From Candidatus Karelsulcia muelleri (GTDB lineage Bacteria > Bacteroidota > Bacteroidia > Flavobacteriales > Blattabacteriaceae), in NCBI RefSeq assembly GCF_022985615.1, contig NZ_CP094965.1, positions 90,001-122,000 of the forward strand: a DNA stretch of 32,000 bases, in the 5' to 3' direction. The position numbers were made by a program, and so were the translations under genes. The notes below the pieces were generated by a model that ran no database searches, was not told the origin of the DNA, and saw nothing but the letters and a program-made list of their open reading frames with translations. This document shows positions 16,807 through 25,877 of the stretch, piece after piece. Position 1 is the first letter of the stretch. Each line of letters starts with the position of its first letter.

Positions 16807-16998
16807 GCTGATCTTGCTGATCTTATCTTATCTGATCTTGCTGATCTTATCTTATCTGATCTTGCTGATCTTATCTTATCTTGCTTATCATCTTGCTTAT
16901 CTGATCTTGCTGATCTTATCTTATCTTATCTTGCTTATCTGATCTGATCTATCTGATCTGATCTATCTGATCTGATCTTGCTGATCTTATCATCTTGC
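16807..16998. repeat. GATC-dense composite array (gctgatctt / atcttatct / gatctgatctatct)
   Basis: I count about 15 GATC tetramers in about 190 nt. The top strand is pyrimidine-rich. Confidence 0.9.
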
Positions 16999-17051
16999 AA
17001 AAAATATACTATTTGCTACTTTAGCTCAAAATACTAATAAAGTATATGGAG

Positions 17052-17330
17052 TCACAAGTAGATAAGTAGATATAATATCACAAGTAGATAAGTAAGTAGA
17101 TATAATATAATATCACATCACAAGTAGATACAAGTAAAGTAAAGTATCACAAGTATCACAAGTAAACAAGTATCACAAGTATCACAAGTAAAGTAAAGTA
17201 TCACAAGTATCACAAGTAAACAAGTAAACAAGTAAACAAGTAAACAAGTAAACAAGTAAACAAGTAAACAAGTAAACAAGTAAACAAGTAAACAAGTAAA
17301 GTAAAGTAAAGTAAAGTAGATATAATAGCA
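17052..17330. repeat. cacaagta-family arrays, including (CAAGTAAA)11
   Basis: caagtaaa x11 at 17213-17300. Flanked by gtaaa x3, tatcacaag units and cacaagtagataagtagatataatat copies. Confidence 0.9.
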
Positions 17331-17363
17331 GATCAGTAGTTTTCGCAATATATGATGGTATAA

Positions 17364-17452
17364 TTCCTTAAGGAAGAACCTTAAGGAAGAAGAACCTAAG
17401 AACCTTAAGGAAGAAGAACCTTCCTTAAGGAAGAAGAACCCTTCAAGAAGAG
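17364..17452. repeat. CCTTAAGG-core array (ccttaaggaagaagaa units)
   Basis: Five imperfect units, most carrying the palindrome ccttaagg. Confidence 0.85.
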
Positions 17453-17522
17453 AATAATCCTAATAGACTATATAAGCTATCATATAATAATAAAAAAAAT
17501 AGGAATCTGTAATTCTAAAAAT

Positions 17523-17697
17523 ATTAAGAATAGGAATAGGAAACTCTTAGGAGTAGATGTTAAAAATCTTAATATTAATATTAAGAATAGGAATAGGAAA
17601 CTCTTAGGAGTAGATGTTAAAAATCTTAATATTAATATTAAATGTTAAAAATCTTAATATTAATATTAAATGTTAAAAATCTTAATATTAATATTAA
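17523..17697. repeat. 57-bp unit x2 followed by a 28-bp unit x3
   Basis: attaagaataggaataggaaactcttaggagtagatgttaaaaatcttaatattaat at 17523 and 17580. atgttaaaaatcttaatattaatattaa at 17614, 17642 and 17670. Confidence 0.9.
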
Positions 17698-17990
17698 GAA
17701 TAAGAATCTTAATATTAATATTAAGAATAAGAATAAGAATAAGAATAAGAATAAGAATCTTAATATTAATATTAAGAATAAGAATAAGAATAAGAATAAG
17801 AATAAGAATCTTAATATTAATATTAAGAATAAGAATAAGAATAAGAATAAGAATAAGAATCTTAATATTAATATTAAGAATAAGAATAAGAATAAGAATA
17901 AGAATCTTAATATTAATATTAAGAATAAGAATAAGAATCTTAATATTAATATTAAGAAAATAAGAATAAGAATAAGAATAAGTTTAATAT
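17568..17990. repeat. Array of about ten copies of an 18-nt perfect palindrome separated by variable (AATAAG)n
   Basis: cttaatattaatattaag equals its own reverse complement; first copy 17568-17585, last 17939-17956. Hexamer spacer lengths are roughly 1.5, 5.5, 5.5, 5.5, 4.5 and 2.5 units. Confidence 0.9.
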
Positions 17991-17996
17991 TAAATT

Positions 17997-18225
17997 AGTA
18001 ATAGGAATAGTAATAGGAATAGTAATAGGAATAGTAATAGGAATAGTAATAGGAATAGTAATAGGATTAGTAATAGGAATAGGATTAGTAATAGGAATAG
18101 GATTAGTAATAGGAATAGGATTAGTAATAGGAATAGGAATAATATAGGAATAGGAATAGGAATAGAATAATAGTTAGTAATAGGAATAGGATTAGTAATT
18201 AGTAAGTAGGAATAAATATAGTAGG
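17997..18225. repeat. (AGTAATAGGAAT)n 12-bp array grading into an 18-bp aggattagtaataggaat variant
   Basis: Read directly: about 6 copies of the 12-mer, then about 4 copies of the 18-mer, then degenerate units. Confidence 0.9.
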
Positions 18226-18235
18226 AAATTAGAGT

Positions 18236-18650
18236 ATCAGTATTATAGTATAGAGGATATATAATATGATAATACTATATATGATAGTATAATATATACT
18301 AATAGGATAGGATAATATGAGATAGTATCATAGATATCATATGATAGTATCCTATCATATGATAGTCTAATATGAGTATACTAATACTAATAGGATAGGA
18401 TAATATGAGATAGTATCATAGATATCATATGATAGTATCCTATCATATGATAGTCTAATATGAGTATACTAATACTAATAGGATAGGATAATATGAGATA
18501 GTATCATAGATATCATATGATAGTACTATCATATGATAGTCTAATATGAGGATACTAAGAGAAGATACCTTAAGAGTTGATGATGAGATAGTATCATAGA
18601 TATAGAAGATCATAGTTGATAGTTAAAGATAAGATATCATAGAAGAGAAT
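18236..18650. repeat. 88-bp minisatellite (about 3.3 near-identical copies) with degenerate flanks
   Basis: aataggataggataatatgagatagtatcatagatatcatatgatagtatcctatcatatgatagtctaatatgag... recurs at 18301, 18389 and 18477. The unit contains the palindromes atcatatgat and ctatcatatgatag. Confidence 0.9.
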
Positions 18651-18693
18651 TGAGTATACTTATTGGCAGAAGATTTCAAATTCTTTTTGTTTA

Positions 18694-19152
18694 TCATAAG
18701 ATCTCATTAGGATTGAGCTTTTTGTGGAGTTTAAATCTTTTTTGGCTAAAAGGTTCTCTCTGATCGGATTTATTTTTACTTTTGGCTAAATGTATTACTA
18801 ATTTTATTAATCCTTTTTTATTAAGAAAAATCTTTTCAGGGATAATGTTTAACGAAAATTTTTTAACAGCTTCTGAAATTTTTATAATTTCTTTTTTTTT
18901 TAAAAGAAGTAAAATTTTACGATCTGTGGAATTTTTATTTTGATTATTATAACTTGACAGTTGCTTGATATAGAAATTGAAAAGAAAAATTTCTTTTTTT
19001 AAGACTTTGCAAAAGCTATTATTTAAATTAGCATTATTATTTTTAATAGATTTTACTTCGTGTCCTAATAATTTTAATCCGGCTATATATTTTTCGAGAA
19101 ATATAAAATTATATAAAGCCTTTTTATTTTTTAGATTAACATTTCTGAACAT
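18694..19152 (-). CDS. smpB: SsrA-binding protein SmpB
   Basis: 152 aa. NKKALYNFIFLEKYIAGLKLLGHEVKSIK matches the SmpB N-terminal consensus (NkkA.h.Y.i.e..eAGi.L.G.EVKS.R). Confidence 0.85.
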   Translation of the reverse strand: MFRNVNLKNKKALYNFIFLEKYIAGLKLLGHEVKSIKNNNANLNNSFCKVLKKEIFLFNFYIKQLSSYNNQNKNSTDRKILLLLKKKEIIKISEAVKKFSLNIIPEKIFLNKKGLIKLVIHLAKSKNKSDQREPFSQKRFKLHKKLNPNEIL

Positions 19153-19204
19153 TTTATATTTCTATTTCTTTTTTTCTGAACATTTTATATTTCTATTTCT
19201 TTTT
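19143..19204. repeat. Perfect 31-bp tandem duplication covering the smpB start codon
   Basis: ttctgaacattttatatttctatttcttttt at 19143-19173 and 19174-19204. The second copy creates a decoy ATG TTC AGA... mini-ORF upstream of smpB. Confidence 0.95.
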
Positions 19205-19259
19205 TTTAAAAAAAAAGGTATATATATATTATATACTCCCTGAGTTAAAATTCATAATT

Positions 19260-19670
19260 ATGGAGATAATTGGGACAGTAAAAAAAATCTTAGACTTGCA
19301 GGTCTATAAAAACAATTTTAAAAAAAGAGAACTTCTTATCAAAACTGAAGAACAATATCCTCAAATTTTAATAATAGAATTTATTCTTGATAAAACTAAA
19401 TTATTAAATTCATTGAAAAAAGATGACAAAATAAAGATATTTATTAATTTAAAAGGAAAAAAATGGACTACTAAAACAGGTGAAACAAGATTTTTCAATT
19501 CGATTCAAGGCTGGAAAATAGAAAACATTACAGAAAAGAAAAAAAAAGAAAAAAAAGAAAAAAAAGAAAAAAAAGAAAAAAAAGAAAAAAAAGAAAAAGA
19601 AGAAAAAAAAGAAAAAAAAGAAAAAGAAGAAAAAAAAGAAAAGAATGAATTTGATGAATTACCTTTTTAG
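19260..19670 (+). CDS. DUF3127-type OB-fold SSB-like protein with a (KKE)n linker and acidic LPF tip
   Basis: 136 aa. MEIIGTVKKIL...EEQYPQ...FNSIQGWKIE resembles the Bacteroidetes DUF3127 pattern (MEI.GK....E.QYPK...W..). The C-terminus NEFDELPF resembles the SSB tip DDDLPF. Confidence 0.7.
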   Translation: MEIIGTVKKILDLQVYKNNFKKRELLIKTEEQYPQILIIEFILDKTKLLNSLKKDDKIKIFINLKGKKWTTKTGETRFFNSIQGWKIENITEKKKKEKKEKKEKKEKKEKKEKEEKKEKKEKEEKKEKNEFDELPF

Positions 19671-20161
19671 GTAACCTAATTACCTTTTTAGGTACCTTAG
19701 GTACCAAGGTACCTTTTACCAAGGTACCTTTTACCAAGGTACCAAGGTACCAAGGTACTACCAAGGTACTACCAAGGTACTACCAAGGTACTAACTACCA
19801 AGGTACTACCAAGGTACTACCAAGGTACTACCAAGGTACTAACTACCAAGGTACTAACTACCAAGGTACTAACTACCAAGGTACTACCAAGGTACTACCT
19901 ACCAAGGTACTACCAAGGTACCTTTTACCAAGGTACTACCAAGGTACTACCAAGGTACCTTTTAAGGTAGGTACCAAGGTACCTTTTAAGGTAGGTACCA
20001 AGGTACCTTTTAAGGTAGGTACCAAGGTACCTTTTAAGGTAGGTACCAAGGTACCTTTTAAGGTAGGTACCAAGGTACCTTTTAAGGTAGGTACCAAGGT
20101 ACCTTTTAAGGTAGGTACCTTTTAAGGTAGGTACCAAGGTACCTTTTAAGGTAGGTACCTT

Positions 20162-20165
<4 letters not shown>
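19657..20165. repeat. GGTACC/GGTACT minisatellite block starting inside the stop region of the ssb-like gene
   Basis: aattacctttttaggta x2 (19657-19673 and 19678-19694). 11-bp ccaaggtacta units with 15-bp variants (about 19744-19935). 24-bp ccaaggtaccttttaaggtaggta x7 or more (about 19946-20160). Confidence 0.95.
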
Positions 20166-21899
<1,734 letters not shown>

Positions 21900-21914
<15 letters not shown>

Positions 21915-22172
21915 TAATATATCAGTTTGATGGAGAATTAAGTATTTTTTTTGCTTATAATTAATTTTAGTACCTGAATATTTTTTAAATAATACTTTTT
22001 CTCCAACTTTTTTTAGTAGAGGGTTTTTTACCTCATTTCCTACTGCTAAAATAATTCCTTCTTGGGGATTTTCTTTAGCGTTTTCTGGGATAATTATTCC
22101 TGATTTTGTTTTATTTTCTGCTTTTAATGGTTTAATTAATATTCTTTCTGAAATAGGTATTATATTTTCCAT
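21900..22172 (-). CDS. groS: Co-chaperonin GroES
   Basis: 90 aa. PISERILIKP...SGIIIPE...GIILAVG is the GroES pattern. Sits directly upstream of groEL. Confidence 0.95.
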
Positions 22173-22303
22173 TTTCCTAAATTATAGATTTAATTATTCT
22201 AAATTCTAGATTTTTTTTAATTATTATAATAATAATATTAGAAAACTATTTGTTTAAATAATTTAATTTAATTAATTATTAGTAATTAATAATTATAATT
22301 ATT

Positions 22304-23614
22304 TTATGGTATAATTTCTCCTATTAGTGTGGTAAAAGTAGAATTTATAATTTTTACTTTTTTATAAGAACCAATCTTACTTTTATTTTTAGGAAAAACT
22401 ATAATATCATTATTAGAATTTCTCCCATAATAATATTTTTCATCCTTTTTTGATATTCCTTCTATCAAAACTTCTTGTATTTTACCAATATTTTGTTTTA
22501 ATCGGTAAAAGGAATGCGATTTTTGAAGCATGATAATTTCATTTAATCTGCTTATTTTTAAACTATTTGGGACATTATCTTTTAATTTTCTATATGCATA
22601 AGTCCCTTGTCGAGAAGAATATTTAAACATAAATGAAAAATTAAATTTTATTAGATTCATAATTCTTATCGTCTCTCTGTGATCTGCTTGAGTTTCAGTG
22701 CAAAATCCTGTCATTATATCACTAGAAATTGAACAATCAGGAAGAATTTTTTTTATCCTTTTAATAATTAATAAAAATTCTTCAACTGTATATTTTCTCC
22801 TCATTAACGATAAAATTCTTGTACTACCTGATTGTAGTGGAAGATGAAAATGCTTACATATATTGGAATACTTCTTAACAACTTTTAAAAGATTTTTTGT
22901 GATATTAGAAGGATAAGATGTTAAGAAACGAATTCTCATTAACGGAACTGTTTTGGCTATTAATTCTAAGAGTTGGAAAAATTTCATTTTTTTCCAAAAA
23001 TACGCATCTACATTTTGTCCTAAAAGTATTATTTCTTTATAACCTTTTTTATAGAGTAGTTTGCATTCTTTTAATATACTGTTAGGATTTCTGCTTTTTT
23101 CTCTACCTCTTGAATAAGGTACTATGCAAAAAGTACACATCTTATCACATCCTCTAATAATCGAGAGAAAAGCTGATATTCCATTTCTTCCTCTATTAGG
23201 AATTATCTTTGTATATCTTTCTTTATTTGCTAAGCTTACATCAATTTCTTTGTTGTTATTTTTTAATTTGTTAATCATTTCTGGAAGCTTTTTATAAGAA
23301 TCTGGACCAACTATTAAATCTATAAACTTGAATTTTTCAAATAGTTTTTTTTTATAATGTGTCGCTAAACAACCTACTATTCCAAGTTTTAGTTTTTTAT
23401 TTGTTTTTTTAAAACATTTTATTTTAAGAAAACGATTAAATATTTTTTTTTCTGGTTTTTCACGTATTGAACAGGTATTTAATAATATTATATCAGCCTT
23501 TTTTAAATTAGAGGTTTTAATAAAACCTGATTTTAACAGAATTGAACATATTATTTCACTATCATATATATTCATTTGACAGCCATAAGTTTCTATATAG
23601 AATTTCATAGTCAA
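22304..23614 (-). CDS. miaB: tRNA i6A37 methylthiotransferase MiaB
   Basis: 436 aa. N-terminal YIETYGCQMN, radical-SAM CDKMCTFCIVP, and a C-terminal TRAM-like region. Confidence 0.9.
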   Translation of the reverse strand: MTMKFYIETYGCQMNIYDSEIICSILLKSGFIKTSNLKKADIILLNTCSIREKPEKKIFNRFLKIKCFKKTNKKLKLGIVGCLATHYKKKLFEKFKFIDLIVGPDSYKKLPEMINKLKNNNKEIDVSLANKERYTKIIPNRGRNGISAFLSIIRGCDKMCTFCIVPYSRGREKSRNPNSILKECKLLYKKGYKEIILLGQNVDAYFWKKMKFFQLLELIAKTVPLMRIRFLTSYPSNITKNLLKVVKKYSNICKHFHLPLQSGSTRILSLMRRKYTVEEFLLIIKRIKKILPDCSISSDIMTGFCTETQADHRETIRIMNLIKFNFSFMFKYSSRQGTYAYRKLKDNVPNSLKISRLNEIIMLQKSHSFYRLKQNIGKIQEVLIEGISKKDEKYYYGRNSNNDIIVFPKNKSKIGSYKKVKIINSTFTTLIGEIIP

Positions 23615-23658
23615 GGAAATCGGTTATGTATTATTAATATAATTTCTTAGAAATAAAA

Positions 23659-25104
23659 TTGAATAAAAAAAATAAAAATCTTTTATCTCATTCTAAATAT
23701 AAATATGGATTCAATTATAAAATTGAATCTGATAAGATTTCCAAAGGACTTAACAAAAATATTATTTTGGAAATATCAAAAAAAAAGAAAGAACCTAAGT
23801 GGTTATTAAATTTTAGATTAAGAGCTTTTAAATTATTAAAAAAAATGTCTCTTCCTAAATGGGGAAATGTAAAATATAAAAAAATTGATTTACAGAATTT
23901 AAGATATTATTCAGCTCCAAAAAATTATAAAAAGAATAAAATGGATCCTGAATTAAGAAAAACTTTAAAGAAATTAAAACTTCCCATAAGTCTTAAAAAT
24001 AAGACTCAGACTCAGAAATATCAGCTTTACAAAAAAATTATTGAAATAATAATTGATTCTGTTTCTGTAACTACTTATTTTAAAAAATTATTATTTGAAA
24101 AAGGTATAATATTTTGTTCTATAAGTAAAGCAATAAGATACTATCCTAAATTAGTTAAAAAATATCTTAGTAAAGCAATTCCGATAAATGATAATTTTTT
24201 TTCTACTTTAAATTCTTCAGTTTTTTCTGATGGCTCTTTTTGTTATATTCCCAAAAATATACGATGTCCGGTTGAGTTATCTACTTATTTTAGAATTAAT
24301 GAATCAGGTACAGGACAGTTTGAAAGAACTCTTTTAATAGCAGATAAAAATTCATATGTAAGTTATTTAGAAGGGTGTACAGCTCCACAAAGAAAAGAAA
24401 ATCAATTACATGCTGCAGTTGTTGAATTAATTGCTAGAGATAGTGCTGAAATTAAATATTCTACTGTTCAGAATTGGTTTCCTGGGAATAAAAAAGGATT
24501 TGGGGGAATATTTAATTTTGTTACCAAAAGAGGTATATGTGAAAATAAATCAAAAATTTCATGGACTCAAATCGAAACTGGCTCTGCTATCACTTGGAAA
24601 TATCCATCCTGTATTTTACAAGGAAAAAATTCAAAAGGAAATTTTTTTTCAATAGCAATTACAAAAAATTATCAACAATCTGATACTGGTACTAAAATGA
24701 TTCATATTGGAGAAAATTCAAAAAGTATTATAATTTCTAAAGCTATTTCTACTGGAAATTCTAAAACCACTTATAGGGGATTAGTTAATGTTTTAAAAGA
24801 GGCTTTAAATTCTAGAAATTATACTCAATGTGATTCTTTATTATTTGGTACTCAATGCAAAACTTTTACGATTCCAGATATTCAAGTAGAAAATTCTTCA
24901 TCTCAAGTTGAACATGAAGCTATAATTTCTTTGATTGAAAGCTCTCAAATATTTTATTGCAATCAACGTGGAATTATAAAGGAAAAAGCTTTACAGTTAA
25001 TAGTTAACGGATATAGCAGAGAAATAATTAATAAACTGCCTTTGGAATTTGCATTAGAGGCCAGAAAATTATTAGATTTAACTATAGAAAATTCTATTGG
25101 ATAA
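23659..25104 (+). CDS. sufB: Fe-S cluster assembly protein SufB (TTG start as drawn)
   Basis: 481 aa. RAFKLLKKMSLPKWG, SYLEGCTAP and TKRGICENKSKISWTQIETGSAITWKYPS are typical of SufB. Heads sufBCDS. Confidence 0.9.
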   Translation: MNKKNKNLLSHSKYKYGFNYKIESDKISKGLNKNIILEISKKKKEPKWLLNFRLRAFKLLKKMSLPKWGNVKYKKIDLQNLRYYSAPKNYKKNKMDPELRKTLKKLKLPISLKNKTQTQKYQLYKKIIEIIIDSVSVTTYFKKLLFEKGIIFCSISKAIRYYPKLVKKYLSKAIPINDNFFSTLNSSVFSDGSFCYIPKNIRCPVELSTYFRINESGTGQFERTLLIADKNSYVSYLEGCTAPQRKENQLHAAVVELIARDSAEIKYSTVQNWFPGNKKGFGGIFNFVTKRGICENKSKISWTQIETGSAITWKYPSCILQGKNSKGNFFSIAITKNYQQSDTGTKMIHIGENSKSIIISKAISTGNSKTTYRGLVNVLKEALNSRNYTQCDSLLFGTQCKTFTIPDIQVENSSSQVEHEAIISLIESSQIFYCNQRGIIKEKALQLIVNGYSREIINKLPLEFALEARKLLDLTIENSIG

Positions 25105-25133
25105 TTTTTTAGAAAATAGAAACCATTTTTTTA

Positions 25134-25877
25134 ATGTTATTAAAAATTATCGATTTATCAGCTTCAATAAATAATAAAATAATATTAAATAATATTAATT
25201 TAAATATTAATTATAATGAAATTCATGTAATTATGGGGCCTAATGGCTCTGGAAAAAGTAGTTTGTCTTCTATTATAGCTGGTAAAAAAGAATTTTCGAT
25301 TATTAAAGGGCAAATTTTATTTGAAAAAAAAAATATAACTTACTTATCTCCTGAAGAAATTGCACAGCGAGGTATTTTTTTATCTTTTCAATATCCTATA
25401 GAAATCCCAGGAATATCAATTATAAATTTTATTAAATATTCAATCAATGAAATTAGAAAAAGTAAAAATTTTAAAGAAATTTCTTCTAAAGATTTTCTTA
25501 AAAAAGTTTACAAAGTTTCTAAAATTATTGGTTTTAATAAAACTTTTTTATCACGATATATGAATTTTGGATTTTCTGGAGGGGAAAAAAAGCGTTGTGA
25601 AATTTTTCAAATGGGAATGATAGAACCTAAATTTGCAATTTTAGACGAAATTGATTCTGGGTTAGATTTGGATGCTCTTAAAATTATTGCTAATGGGATT
25701 TTGAGATTAAAGAAGAAAAAATCATCAATTTTAATTATTACTCATTATAATCGAATTTTAAAATTTATAAAACCAGATAAAATACATATTTTATATAAAG
25801 GCCAGATTATTAAATCTGGTTCTAAAAATTTAGCTCTAAAAATAGAAAAATATGGTTATGAAGGTTTAAAGAAATGA
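25134..25877 (+). CDS. sufC: Fe-S cluster assembly ATPase SufC
   Basis: 247 aa. Walker A GPNGSGKSS, ABC signature FSGGEKKR, Walker B AILDEIDSGLD. Confidence 0.95.
   Translation: MLLKIIDLSASINNKIILNNINLNINYNEIHVIMGPNGSGKSSLSSIIAGKKEFSIIKGQILFEKKNITYLSPEEIAQRGIFLSFQYPIEIPGISIINFIKYSINEIRKSKNFKEISSKDFLKKVYKVSKIIGFNKTFLSRYMNFGFSGGEKKRCEIFQMGMIEPKFAILDEIDSGLDLDALKIIANGILRLKKKKSSILIITHYNRILKFIKPDKIHILYKGQIIKSGSKNLALKIEKYGYEGLKK

Noticed and set aside
17568-17990. CRISPR-like appearance: a palindromic 18-nt repeat with intervening sequence.
   Set aside because: The 'spacers' are (AATAAG)n microsatellite of 9-33 nt, not unique sequences. The repeat is shorter than CRISPR repeats. There are no cas genes or leader in the window.
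16453-17998. Track ORFs 16453-16770, 16628-16942, 17118-17348, 17642-17998 and 17670-17963 inside the repeat block. Similar ORFs lie at 12676-12954, 19528-19764 and 19925-20137.
   Set aside because: Their products are pure periodic peptides (RWYLRWYL, LILSYLILLI, CLLVYLFT, NKNKNK/RIRIRI, GTYLKRYL). These are translations of tandem repeats that happen to lack stops. There are no conserved domains, and several overlap each other in different frames.
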